Source: Eledone cirrhosa (taxonomy: Eukaryota). Taken from it: a DNA stretch of 64,000 nt. Below the pieces are notes generated by a model. It made no database searches. It was not told where the DNA came from and saw only the letters and a program-made list of their open reading frames with translations. A program made the position numbers and the translations under genes. Location: assembly GCA_964016885.1 (NCBI GenBank), contig OZ024740.1, forward strand, positions 12,524,001 through 12,588,000, written 5' to 3'. Position 1 is the stretch's first letter, and every line of letters begins with the position of its first letter. Below, piece after piece: positions 13,801 to 27,200 of the stretch.

Positions 13801-16800
13801 AGTCTAATGTCTCAAGTCTAATGTCTTGTCTCTAGTCTAATGTCTCTAGTCTAATGTCTTGTCTCTAGTCTAATGTCTCTAGTCTAATGTCTTGTCTCTA
13901 GTCTAATATCTTGTCTCTAGTCTAATGTCTTGTCTCTAGTCTAATGTCTCTAGTCTAATGTCTTGTTTCTAGTCTAATGTCTCTAGTCTAATGTCTTGTC
14001 TCTAGTCTAATATCTTGTCTCTAGTCTAATGTCTCTAGTCTAATGTCTTGTCTCTAGTCTAATGTCTCTAGTCTAATGTCTTGTCTCTAGTCTAATATCT
14101 TGTCTCTAGTCTAATGTCCCTAGTCTAATGTCTTGTCTCTAGTCTAATATCTTGTCTCTAGTCTAATGTCTCTAGTCTAATGTCTTGTCTCTACTCTAAT
14201 GTCTCTAGTCTAATGTCTTGTCTCTAGTCAAATATCTCTAGTCTAATGTCTTGTCTCTAGTCTAATGTCTTGTCTCTAGTCTAATGTCTCTAGTCTAATG
14301 TCTCTAGTCTAATGTCTTGTCTCTAGTCTAATATCTTGTCTCTAGTCTAATGTCTCTAGTCTAATGTCTCTAGTCTAAAGTCTTGTCTCTAGTCTAATGT
14401 CTCTAGTCTAATGTCTTGTCTCTAGTCTAATATCTTGTCTCTAGTCTAATGTCTCTAGTCTAATGTCTTGTCTCTAGTCTAATGTCTCTAGTCTAATGTC
14501 TTGTGACTAGTCTAATGTCTTGTCTCTAGTCTAATATCTCTAGTCTAATATCTTGTCTCTAGTCTAATGTCTCTTGTCTAATGTCTTGTCTCTAGTCTAA
14601 TGTCTCTAGTCTAATGTCTTGTCTCTAGTCTAATGTCTCTAGTCTAATGTCTTGTCTCTAGTCTAATATCTTGTCTCTAGTCTAATGTCTCTAGTCTAAT
14701 GTCTTCTCTCTAGTCTAATATCTTGTCTCTAGTCTAATGTCTCTAGTCTAATATCTTGTCTCTAGTCTAATATCTTGTCTCTAGTCTAATGACTCTAGTC
14801 TAATGTCTTGTGTCTAGTCTAATATCTTGTCTCTAGTCTAATGTCTCTAGTCTAATGTCTTGTCTCTAGTCTAACGTCTTGTCTCTAGTCTAATGTCTCT
14901 AGTCTAATGTCTCTAGTCTAATGTCTTGTCTCTAGTCTAGTGTCTCTAGTCTAATGTCTTGTCTCTAGTCTAATGTCTTGTCTCTAGTCTAATATCTTGT
15001 GTCTAGTCTAATGTCTTGTCTCTAGTCTAATGTCTCTAGTCTAATGTCTTGTTTCTAGTCTAATGTCTCTAGTCTAATGTCTTGTCTCTAGTCTAATGTC
15101 TCTAGTCTAATGTCTTGTCTCTAGTCTAATGTCTCTAGTCTAATGTCTTGTCTCTAGTCTAATGTCTCTAGTCTAATGTCTTGTCTCTAGTCTAATATCT
15201 TGTCTCTAGTCTAATGTCTCTAGTCTAATGTCTCTAGTCTAATGTCTTGTCTCTAGTCTAATATCTTGTCTCTAGTCTAATGTCTCTAGTCTAATGTCTT
15301 GTCTCTAGTCTAATGTCTCTAGTCTAATGTCTTGTCTCTAGTCTAATGTCTCTAGTCTAATGTCTTGTCTCTAGTCTAATATCTTGTCTCTAGTCTAATG
15401 TCTTGTCTCTAGTCTAATGTCTTGTTTCTAGTCTAATGTCTCTAGTCTAATGTCTTGTCTCTAGTCTAATATCTTGTCTCTAGTCTAATGTCTCTAGTCT
15501 AATGTCTTGTCTCTAGTCTAATGTCTCTAGTCTAATGTCTTGTCTCTAGTCTAATATCTTGTCTCTAGTCTAATGTCCCTAGTCTAATGTCTTGTCTCTA
15601 GTCTAATATCTTGTCTCTAGTCTAACGTCTCTAGTCTAATGTCTTGTCTCTACTCTAATGTCTCTAGTCTAATGTCTTGTCTCTAGTCAAATATCTCTAG
15701 TCTAATGTCTTGTCTCTAGTCTAATATCTTGTCTCTAGTCTAATGTCTCTAGTCTAATGTCTCTAGTCTAATGTCTTGTCTCTAGTCTATTATCTTGTCT
15801 CTAGTCTAATGTCTCTAGTCTAATGTCTCTAGTCTAAAGTCTTGTCTCTAGTCTAATGTCTCTAGTCTAATGTCTTGTCTCTAGTCTAATATCTTGTCTC
15901 TAGTCTAATGTCTCTAGTCTAATGTCTTGTCTCTAGTCTAATGTCTCTAGTCTAATGTCTTGTGACTAGTCTAATGTCTTGTCTCTAGTCTAATGTCTCT
16001 AGTCTAATATCTTGTCTCTAGTCTAATGTCTCTTGTCTAATGTCTTGTCTCTAGTCTAATGTCTCTAGTCTAATGTCTTGTCTCTAGTCTAATGTCTCTA
16101 GTCTAATGTGTTGTTTCTAGTCTAATGTCTCTAGTCTAATGTCTTGTCTCTAGTCTAATGTCTCTAGTCTAATGTCTTGTCTCTAGTCTAATGTCTCTAG
16201 TCTAATGTCTTGTCTCTAGTCTAATATCTTGTCTCTAGTCTAATGTCTTGTCTCTAGTCTAATGTCTCTAGTCTAATGTCTTGTTTCTAGTCTAATGTCT
16301 CTAGTCTAATGTCTTGTCTCTAGTCTAATATCTTGTCTCTAGTCTAATGTCTCTAGTCTAATGTCTTGTCTCTAGTCTAATGTCTCTAGTCTAATGTCTT
16401 GTCTCTAGTCTAATATCTTGTCTCTAGTCTAATGTCCCTAGTCTAATGTCTTGTCTCTAGTCTAATATCTTGTCTCTAGTCTAATGTCTCTAGTCAAATG
16501 TCTTGTCTCTACTCTAATGTCTCTAGTCTAATGTCTTGTCTCTAGTCAAATATCTCTAGTCTAATGTCTTGTCTCTAGTCTAATATCTTGTCTCTAGTCT
16601 AATGTCTCTAGTCTAATGTCTCTAGTCTAATGTCTTGTCTCTAGTCTAATATCTTGTCTCTAGTCTAATGTCTCTAGTCTAATGTCTCTAGTCTAAAGTC
16701 TTGTCTCTAGTCTAATGTCTCTAGTCTAATGTCTTGTCTCTAGTCTAATATCTTGTCTCTAGTCTAATGTCTCTAGTCTAATGTCTTGTCTCTAGTCTAA

Positions 16801-19800
16801 TGTCTCTAGTCTAATGTCTTGTGACTAGTCTAATGTCTTGTCTCTAGTCTAATGTCTCTAGTCTAATATCTTGTCTCTAGTCTAATGTCTCTTGTCTAAT
16901 GTCTTGTCTCTAGTCTAATGTCTCTAGTCTAATGTCTTGTCTCTAGTCTAATGTCTCTAGTCTAATGTCTTGTCTCTAGTCTAATATCTTGTCTGTAGTC
17001 TAATGTCTCTAGTCTAATGTCTTCTCTCTAGTCAAATATCTTGTCTCTAGTCTAATGTCTCTAGTCTAATATCTTGTCTCTAGTCTAATATCTTGTCTCT
17101 AGTCTAATGACTCTAGTCTAATGTCTTGTGTCTACTCTAATATCTTGTCTCTAGTCTAATGTCTCTAGTCTAATGTCTTGTCTCTAGTCTAACGTCTTGT
17201 CTCTAGTCTAATGTCTCTAGTCTAATGTCTCTAGTCTAATGTCTTGTCTCTAGTCTAGTGTCTCTAGTCTAATGTCTTGTCTCTAGTCTAATGTCTTGTC
17301 TCTAGTCTAATATCTTGTGTCTAGTCTAATGTCTTGTCTCTAGTCTAATGTCTCTAGTCTAATGTCTTGTTTCTAGTCTAATGTCTCTAGTCTAATGTCT
17401 TGTCTCTAGTCTAATGTCTCTAGTCTAATGTCTTGTCTCTAGTCTAATATCTTGTCTCTAGTCTAATGTCCCTAGTCTAATGTCTTGTCTCTAGTCTAAT
17501 ATCTTGTCTCTAGTCTAATGTCTCTAGTCTAATGTCTTGTCTCTACTCTAATGTCTCTAGTCTAATGTCTTGTCTCTAGTCAAATATCTCTAGTCTAATG
17601 TCTTGTCTCTAGTCTAATGTCTTGTCTCTAGTCTAATGTCTCTAGTCTAATGTCTCTAGTCTAATGTCTTGTCTCTAGTCTAATATCTTGTCTCTAGTCT
17701 AATGTCTCTAGTCTAATGTCTCTAGTCTAAAGTCTTGTCTCTAGTCTAATGTCTCTAGTCTAATGTCTTGTCTCTAGTCTAATATCTTGTCTCTAGTCTA
17801 ATGTCTCTAGTCTAATGTCTTGTCTCTAGTCTAATGTCTCTAGTCTAATGTCTTGTGACTAGTCTAATGTCTTGTCTCTAGTCTAATATCTCTAGTCTAA
17901 TATCTTGTCTCTAGTCTAATGTCTCTTGTCTAATGTCTTGTCTCTAGTCTAATGTCTCTAGTCTAATGTCTTGTCTCTAGTCTAATGTCTCTAGTCTAAT
18001 GTCTTGTCTCTAGTCTAATATCTTGTCTCTAGTCTAATGTCTCTAGTCTAATGTCTTCTCTCTAGTCTAATATCTTGTCTCTAGTCTAATGTCTCTAGTC
18101 TAATATCTTGTCTCTAGTCTAATATCTTGTCTCTAGTCTAATGACTCTAGTCTAATGTCTTGTGTCTAGTCTAATATCTTGTCTCTAGTCTAATGTCTCT
18201 AGTCTAATGTCTTGTCTCTAGTCTAACGTCTTGTCTCTAGTCTAATGTCTCTAGTCTAATGTCTCTAGTCTAATGTCTTGTCTCTAGTCTAGTGTCTCTA
18301 GTCTAATGTCTTGTCTCTAGTCTAATGTCTTGTCTCTAGTCTAATATCTTGTGTCTAGTCTAATGTCTTGTCTCTAGTCTAATGTCTCTAGTCTAATGTC
18401 TTGTTTCTAGTCTAATGTCTCTAGTCTAATGTCTTGTCTCTAGTCTAATGTCTCTAGTCTAATGTCTTGTCTCTAGTCTAATGTCTCTAGTCTAATGTCT
18501 TGTCTCTAGTCTAATGTCTCTAGTCTAATGTCTTGTCTCTAGTCTAATATCTTGTCTCTAGTCTAATGTCTCTAGTCTAATGTCTCTAGTCTAATGTCTT
18601 GTCTCTAGTCTAATATCTTGTCTCTAGTCTAATGTCTCTAGTCTAATGTCTTGTCTCTAGTCTAATGTCTCTAGTCTAATGTCTTGTCTCTAGTCTAATG
18701 TCTCTAGTCTAATGTCTTGTCTCTAGTCTAATATCTTGTCTCTAGTCTAATGTCTTGTCTCTAGTCTAATGTCTTGTTTCTAGTCTAATGTCTCTAGTCT
18801 AATGTCTTGTCTCTAGTCTAATATCTTGTCTCTAGTCTAATGTCTCTAGTCTAATGTCTTGTCTCTAGTCTAATGTCTCTAGTCTAATGTCTTGTCTCTA
18901 GTCTAATATCTTGTCTCTAGTCTAATGTCCCTAGTCTAATGTCTTGTCTCTAGTCTAATATCTTGTCTCTAGTCTAACGTCTCTAGTCTAATGTCTTGTC
19001 TCTACTCTAATGTCTCTAGTCTAATGTCTTGTCTCTAGTCAAATATCTCTAGTCTAATGTCTTGTCTCTAGTCTAATATCTTGTCTCTAGTCTAATGTCT
19101 CTAGTCTAATGTCTCTAGTCTAATGTCTTGTCTCTAGTCTATTATCTTGTCTCTAGTCTAATGTCTCTAGTCTAATGTCTCTAGTCTAAAGTCTTGTCTC
19201 TAGTCTAATGTCTCTAGTCTAATGTCTTGTCTCTAGTCTAATATCTTGTCTCTAGTCTAATGTCTCTAGTCTAATGTCTTGTCTCTAGTCTAATGTCTCT
19301 TGTCTAATGTCTTGTGACTAGTCTAATGTCTTGTCTCTAGTCTAATGTCTCTAGTCTAATATCTTGTCTCTAGTCTAATGTCTCTTGTCTAATGTCTTGT
19401 CTCTAGTCTAATGTCTCTAGTCTAATGTCTTGTCTCTAGTCTAATGTCTCTAGTCTAATGTGTTGTTTCTAGTCTAATGTCTCTAGTCTAATGTCTTGTC
19501 TCTAGTCTAATGTCTCTAGTCTAATGTCTTGTCTCTAGTCTAATGTCTCTAGTCTAATGTCTTGTCTCTAGTCTAATATCTTGTCTCTAGTCTAATGTCT
19601 TGTCTCTAGTCTAATGTCTCTAGTCTAATGTCTTGTTTCTAGTCTAATGTCTCTAGTCTAATGTCTTGTCTCTAGTCTAATATCTTGTCTCTAGTCTAAT
19701 GTCTCTAGTCTAATGTCTTGTCTCTAGTCTAATGTCTCTAGTCTAATGTCTTGTCTCTAGTCTAATATCTTGTCTCTAGTCTAATGTCCCTAGTCTAATG

Positions 19801-22800
19801 TCTTGTCTCTAGTCTAATATCTTGTCTCTAGTCTAATGTCTCTAGTCAAATGTCTTGTCTCTACTCTAATGTCTCTAGTCTAATGTCTTGTCTCTAGTCA
19901 AATATCTCTAGTCTAATGTCTTGTCTCTAGTCTAATATCTTGTCTCTAGTCTAATGTCTCTAGTCTAATGTCTCTAGTCTAATGTCTTGTCTCTAGTCTA
20001 ATATCTTGTCTCTAGTCTAATGTCTCTAGTCTAATGTCTCTAGTCTAAAGTCTTGTCTCTAGTCTAATGTCTCTAGTCTAATGTCTTGTCTCTAGTCTAA
20101 TATCTTGTCTCTAGTCTAATGTCTCTAGTCTAATGTCTTGTCTCTAGTCTAATGTCTCTAGTCTAATGTCTTGTGACTAGTCTAATGTCTTGTCTCTAGT
20201 CTAATGTCTCTAGTCTAATATCTTGTCTCTAGTCTAATGTCTCTTGTCTAATGTCTTGTCTCTAGTCTAATGTCTCTAGTCTAATGTCTTGTCTCTAGTC
20301 TAATGTCTCTAGTCTAATGTCTTGTCTCTAGTCTAATATCTTGTCTGTAGTCTAATGTCTCTAGTCTAATGTCTTCTCTCTAGTCAAATATCTTGTCTCT
20401 AGTCTAATGTCTCTAGTCTAATATCTTGTCTCTAGTCTAATATCTTGTCTCTAGTCTAATGACTCTAGTCTAATGTCTTGTGTCTACTCTAATATCTTGT
20501 CTCTAGTCTAATGTCTCTAGTCTAATGTCTTGTCTCTAGTCTAACGTCTTGTCTCTAGTCTAATGTCTCTAGTCTAATGTCTCTAGTCTAATGTCTTGTC
20601 TCTAGTCTAGTGTCTCTAGTCTAATGTCTTGTCTCTAGTCTAATGTCTTGTCTCTAGTCTAATATCTTGTGTCTAGTCTAATGTCTTGTCTCTAGTCTAA
20701 TGTCTCTAGTCTAATGTCTTGTTTCTAGTCTAATGTCTCTAGTCTAATGTCTTGTCTCTAGTCTAATGTCTCTAGTCTAATGTCTTGTCTCTAGTCTAAT
20801 GTCTCTAGTCTAATGTCTTGTCTCTAGTCTAATGTCTCTAGTCTAATGTCTTGTCTCTAGTCTAATATCTTGTCTCTAGTCTAATGTCTCTAGTCTAATG
20901 TCTCTAGTCTAATGTCTTGTCTCTAGTCTAATATCTTGTCTCTAGTCTAATGTCTCTAGTCTAATGTCTTGTCTCTAGTCTAATGTCTCTAGTCTAATGT
21001 CTTGTTTCTAGTCTAATGTCTCTAGTCTAATGTCTTGTCTCTAGTCTAATATCTTGTCTCTAGTCTAATGTCTTGTCTCTAGTCTAATGTCTCTAGTCTA
21101 ATGTCTTGTTTCTAGTCTAATGTCTCTAGTCTAATGTCTTGTCTCTAGTCTAATATCTTGTCTCTAGTCTAATGTCTCTTGTCTAATGTCTTGTCTCTAG
21201 TCTAATGTCTCTAGTCTAATGTCTTGTCTCTAGTCTAATGTCTCTAGTCTAATGTCTTGTCTCTAGTCTAATATCTTGTCTCTAGTCTAATGTCTCTAGT
21301 CTAATGTCTTCTCTCTAGTCTAATATCTTGTCTCTAGTCTAATGTCTCTAGTCTAATATCTTGTCTCTAGTCTAATATCTTGTCTCTAGTCTAATGACTC
21401 TAGTCTAATGTCTTGTGTCTAGTCTAATATCTTGTCTCTAGTCTAATGTCTCTAGTCTTATGTCTTGTCTCTAGTCTAACGTCTTGTCTCTAGTCTAATG
21501 TCTCTTGTCTAATGTCTCTAGTCTAATGTCTTGTCTCTAGTCTAGTGTCTCTAGTCTAATGTCTTGTCTCTAGTCTAATGTCTTGTCTCTAGTCTAATAT
21601 CTTGTGTCTAGTCTAATGTCTTGTCTCTAGTCTAATGTCTCTAGTCTAATGTCTTGTTTCTAGTCTAATGTCTCTAGTCTAATGTCTTGTCTCTAGTCTA
21701 ATGTCTCTAGTCTAATGTCTTGTCTCTAGTCTAATGTCTCTAGTCTAATGTCTTGTCTCTAGTCTAATATCTTGTCTCTAGTCTAATGTCTCTAGTCTAA
21801 TGTCTCTAGTCTAATGTCTTGTCTCTAGTCTAATATCTTGTCTCTAGTCTAATGTCTCTAGTCTAATGTCTTGTCTCTAGTCTAATGTCTCTAGTCTAAT
21901 GTCTTGTCTCTAGTCTAATGTCTCTAGTCTAATGTCTTGTCTCTAGTCTAATATCTTGTCTCTAGTCTAATGTCTTGTCTCTAGTCTAATGTCTCTAGTC
22001 TAATGTCTTATTTCTAGTCTAATGTCTCTAGTCTAATGTCTTGTCTCTAGTCTAATATCTTGTCTCTAGTCTAATGTCTCTAGTCTAATGTCTTGTCTCT
22101 AGTCTAATGTCTCTAGTCTAATGTCTTGTCTCTAGTCTAATATCTTGTATCTAGTCTAATGTCCCTAGTCTAATGTCTTGTCTCTAGTCTAATATCTTGT
22201 CTCTAGTCTAACGTCTCTAGTCTAATGTCTTGTCTCTACTCTAATGTCTCTAGTCTAATGTCTTGTCTCTAGTCAAATATCTCTAGTCTAATGTCTTGTC
22301 TCTAGTCTAATATCTTGTCTCTAGTCTAATGTCTCTAGTCTAATGTCTCTAGTCTAATGTCTTGTCTCTAGTCTAATATCTTGTCTCTAGTCTAATGTCT
22401 CTAGTCTAATGTCTCTAGTCTAAAGTCTTGTCTCTAGTCTAATGTCTCTAGTCTAATGTCTTGTCTCTAGTCTAATGTCTCTAGTCTAATGTCTTGTGAC
22501 TAGTCTAATGTCTTGTCTCTAGTCTAATGTCTCTAGTCTAATATCTTGTCTCTAGTCTAATGTCTCTTGTCTAATGTCTTGTCTCTAGTCTAATGTCTCT
22601 AGTCTAATGTCTTGTCTCTAGTCTAATGTCTCTAGTCTAATGTGTTGTTTCTAGTCTAATGTCTCTAGTCTAATGTCTTGTCTCTAGTCTAATGTCTCTA
22701 GTCTAATGTCTTGTCTCTAGTCTAATGTCTCTAGTCTAATGTCTTGTCTCTAGTCTAATATCTTGTCTCTAGTCTAATGTCTTGTCTCTAGTCTAATGTC

Positions 22801-24240
22801 TCTAGTCTAATGTCTTGTTTCTAGTCTAATGTCTCTAGTCTAATGTCTTGTCTCTAGTCTAATATCTTGTCACTAGTCTAATGTCTCTAGTCTAATGTCT
22901 TGTCTCTAGTCTAATGTCTCTAGTCTAATGTCTTGTCTCTAGTCTAATATCTTGTCTCTAGTCTAATGTCCCTAGTCTAATGTCTTGTCTCTAGTCTAAT
23001 ATCTTGTCTCTAGTCTAATGTCTCTAGTCTAATGTCTTGTCTCTAGTCTAATGTCTTGTCTCTAGTCAAATATCTCTAGTCTAATGTCTTGTCTCTAGTC
23101 TAATATCTTGTCTCTAGTCTAATGTCTCTAGTCTAATGTCTCTAGTCTAATGTCTTGTCTCTAGTCTAATATCTTGTCTCTAGTCTAATGTCTCTAGTCT
23201 AATGTCTCTAGTCTAAAGTCTTGTCTCTAGTCTAATGTCTCTAGTCTAATGTCTTGTCTCTAGTCTAATATCTTGTCTCTAGTCTAATGTCTCTAGTCTA
23301 ATGTCTTGTCTCTAGTCTAATGTCTCTAGTCTAATGTCTTGTGACTAGTCTAATGTCTTGTCTCTAGTCTAATGTCTCTAGTCTAATATCTTGTCTCTAG
23401 TCTAATGTCTCTTGTCTAATGTCTTGTCTCTAGTCTAATGTCTCTAGTCTAATGTCTTGTCTCTAGTCTAATGTCTCTAGTCTAATGTCTTGTCTCTAGT
23501 CTAATATCTTGTCTCTAGTCTAATGTCTCTAGTCTAATGTCTTCTCTCTAGTCTAATATCTTGTCTCTAGTCTAATGTCTCTAGTCTAATATCTTGTCTC
23601 TAGTCTAATATCTTGTCTCTAGTCTAATGACTCTAGTCTAATGTCTTGTGTCTAGTCTAATATCTTGTCTCTAGTCTAATGTCTCTAGTCTAATGTCTTG
23701 TCTCTAGTCTAACGTCTTGTCTCTAGTCTAATGTCTCTAGTCTAATGTCTCTAGTCTAATGTCTTGTCTCTAGTCTAGTGTCTCTAGTCTAATGTCTTGT
23801 CTCTAGTCTAATGTCTTGTCTCTAGTCTAATATCTTGTGTCTAGTCTAATGTCTTGTCTCTAGTCTAATGTCTCTAGTCTAATGTCTTGTTTCTAGTCTA
23901 ATGTCTCTAGTCTAATGTCTTGTCTCTAGTCTAATGTCTCTAGTCTAATGTCTTGTCTCTAGTCTAATGTCTCTAGTCTAATGTCTTGTCTCTAGTCTAA
24001 TGTCTCTAGTCTAATGTCTTGTCTCTAGTCTAATATCTTGTCTCTAGTCTAATGTCTCTAGTCTAATGTCTCTAGTCTAATGTCTTGTCTCTAGTCTAAT
24101 ATCTTGTCTCTAGTCTAATGTCTCTAGTCTAATGTCTTGTCTCTAGTCTAATGTCTCTAGTCTAATGTCTTGTCTCTAGTCTAATGTCTCTAGTCTAATG
24201 TCTTGTCTCTAGTCTAATATCTTGTCTCTAGTCTAATGTC
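1850..24240. repeat. ~9.55-kb tandem duplication (copy 1 ~1,850-11,410; copy 2 ~11,410-24,240, enlarged by an internal 3.35-kb duplication)
   Basis: Offset 9,561: CTAAAG 1924>11485 and ATGAC 2340>11901. Offset 9,542: CAAATC 3671>13213 and CAAG 4271>13813. After the internal duplication: ATGAC 8625>21396 (12,771) and GTCTTATTTC ~9215>~22005 (12,790). Confidence 0.85.
14050..20780. repeat. 3,352-bp tandem duplication
   Basis: TATTATC 15788>19140, ATGAC 14791>18143 and ATGAC 17109>20461 all have offset 3,352. Confidence 0.85.
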
Positions 24241-27200
24241 TTGTCTCTAGTCTAATGTCTCTAGTCTAATGTCTTGTTTCTAGTCTAATGTCTCTAGTCT
24301 AATGTCTTGTCTCTAGTCTAATATCTTGTCTCTAGTCTAATGTCTCTAGTCTAATGTCTTGTCTCTAGTCTAATGTCTCTAGTCTAATGTCTTGTCTCTA
24401 GTCTAATATCTTGTCTCTAGTCTAATGTCCCTAGTCTAATGTCTTGTCTCTAGTCTAATATCTTGTCTCTAGTCTAACGTCTCTAGTCTAATGTCTTGTC
24501 TCTACTCTAATGTCTCTAGTCTAATGTCTTGTCTCTAGTCAAATATCTCTAGTCTAATGTCTTGTCTCTAGTCTAATATCTTGTCTCTAGTCTAATGTCT
24601 CTAGTCTAATGTCTTGTCTCTAGTCTAATATCTTGTCTCTAGTCTAATGTCTCTAGTCTAAAGTCTTGTCTCTAGTCTAATGTCTCTAGTCTAATGTCTT
24701 GTCTCTAGTCTAATATCTTGTCTCTAGTCTAATGTCTCTAGTCTAATGTCTTGTCTCTAGTCTAATGTCTCTAGTCTAATGTCTTGTGACTAGTCTAATG
24801 TCTTGTCTCTAGTCTAATGTCTCTAGTCTAATATCTTGTCTCTAGTCTAATGTCTCTTGTCTAATATCTTGTCTCTAGTCTAATGTCTCTAGTCTAATGT
24901 CTTGTCTCTAGTCTAATGTCTCTAGTCTAATGTCTTGTCTCTAGTCTAATATCTTGTCTCTAGTCTAATGTCTCTAGTCTAATGTCTTCTCTCTAGTCTA
25001 ATATCTTGTCTCTAGTCTAATGTCTCTAGTCTAATATCTTGTCTCTAGTCTAATATCTTGTCTCTAGTCTAATATCTTGTCTCTAGTCTAATGACTCTAG
25101 TCTAATGTCTTGTGTCTAGTCTAATATCTTGTCTCTAGTCTAATGTCTCTAGTGTAATGTCTTGTCTCTAGTCTAACGTCTTGTCTCTAGTCTAATGTCT
25201 CTAGTCTAATGTCTCTAGTCTAATGTCTTGTCTCTAGTCTAGTGTCTCTAGTCTAATGTCATGTCTCTAGTCTAATGACTTGTCTCTAGTCTAATATCTT
25301 GTCTCTAGTCTAATGTCTTGTCTCTAGTCTAATGTCTCTAGTCTAATGTCTTGTCTCTAGTCTAATGTCTCTAGTCTAATGTCTTGTCTCTAGTCTAATG
25401 TCTTGTCTCTAGTCTAATATCTTGTCTCTAGTCTAATGTCTTGTCTCTAGTCAAATGTCTCTAGTCTAATGTCTTGTCTCTAGTCTAATGTCTCTAGTCT
25501 AATGTCTTGTCTCTAGTCTAATATCTTGTCTCTAGTCTAATGTTTCTAATCTAATGTCTTGTCTCTAGTCTAATGTCTCTAGTCTAATGTCTTGTCTCTA
25601 GTCTAATGTCTTGTCTCTAGTCTAATGTCTCTAGTCTAATATCTTGTCTCTAGTCTAATGTCTCTAGTCTAATGTCTAGTCTCTAGTCTAATGTCTCTAG
25701 TCTAATATCTTGTCTCTAGTCTAATGTCTCTTGTCTAATGTCTTGTCTCTAGTCTAATGTCTCTAGTCTAATGTCTTGTCTCTAGTCTAATGTCTCTAGT
25801 CTAATGTCTTGTCTCTAGTCTAATATCTTGTCTCTAGTCTAATGTCTCTAGTCTAATGTCTTCTCTCTAGTCTAATATCTTGTCTCTAGTCTAATGTCTC
25901 TAGTCTAATATCTTGTCTCTAGTCTAATATCTTGTCTCTAGTCTAATGACTCTAGTCTAATGTCTTGTGTCTAGTCTAATATCTTGTCTCTAGTCTAATG
26001 TCTCTAGTCTAATGTCTTGTCTCTAGTCTAACGTCTTGTCTCTAGTCTAATGTCTCTAGTCTAATGTCTCTAGTCTAATGTCTTGTCTCTAGTCTAGTGT
26101 CTCTAGTCTAATGTCTTGTCTCTAGTCTAATGTCTTGTCTCTAGTCTAATATCTTGTGTCTAGTCTAATGTCTTGTCTCTAGTCTAATGTCTCTAGTCTA
26201 ATGTCTTGTTTCTAGTCTAATGTCTCTAGTCTAATGTCTTGTCTCTAGTCTAATGTCTCTAGTCTAATGTCTTGTCTCTAGTCTAATGTCTCTAGTCTAA
26301 TGTCTTGTCTCTAGTCTAATGTCTCTAGTCTAATGTCTTGTCTCTAGTCTAATATCTTGTCTCTAGTCTAATGTCTCTAGTCTAATGTCTCTAGTCTAAT
26401 GTCTTGTCTCTAGTCTAATATCTTGTCTCTAGTCTAATGTCTCTAGTCTAATGTCTTGTCTCTAGTCTAATGTCTCTAGTCTAATGTCTTGTCTCTAGTC
26501 TAATGTCTCTAGTCTAATGTCTTGTCTCTAGTCTAATATCTTGTCTCTAGTCTAATGTCTTGTCTCTAGTCTAATGTCTCTAGTCTAATGTCTTGTTTCT
26601 AGTCTAATGTCTCTAGTCTAATGTCTTGTCTCTAGTCTAATATCTTGTCTCTAGTCTAATGTCTCTAGTCTAATGTCTTGTCTCTAGTCTAATGTCTCTA
26701 GTCTAATGTCTTGTCTCTAGTCTAATATCTTGTCTCTAGTCTAATGTCCCTAGTCTAATGTCTTGTCTCTAGTCTAATATCTTGTCTCTAGTCTAACGTC
26801 TCTAGTCTAATGTCTTGTCTCTACTCTAATGTCTCTAGTCTAATGTCTTGTCTCTAGTCAAATATCTCTAGTCTAATGTCTTGTCTCTAGTCTAATATCT
26901 TGTCTCTAGTCTAATGTCTCTAGTCTAATGTCTTGTCTCTAGTCTAATATCTTGTCTCTAGTCTAATGTCTCTAGTCTAATGTCTCTAGTCTAAAGTCTT
27001 GTCTCTAGTCTAATGTCTCTAGTCTAATGTCTTGTCTCTAGTCTAATATCTTGTCTCTAGTCTAATGTCTCTAGTCTAATGTCTTGTCTCTAGTCTAATG
27101 TCTCTAGTCTAATGTCTTGTGACTAGTCTAATGTCTTGTCTCTAGTCTAATGTCTCTAGTCTAATATCTTGTCTCTAGTCTAATGTCTCTTGTCTAATAT

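Larger units (their letters stand above)
1..27000. repeat. Left satellite domain with a ~1,459-bp HOR and a ~859-bp short form (2,318-bp super-unit)
   Basis: Variant monomers recur in a fixed order: GTCCCTAG > CTACTC > CAAATATC > CTAAAG > GTGACTAG > CTCTTG > CTTCTC > ATGACTC > TTGTGTC > AACGTC > CTAGTGTC > GTTTC. CCC landmark spacings are 14118>15577 (1,459), 15577>16436 (859), 22970>24429 (1,459) and 6021>6880 (859). ATGACTC spacings 14791>17109 and 18143>20461 are both 2,318. Confidence 0.85.
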
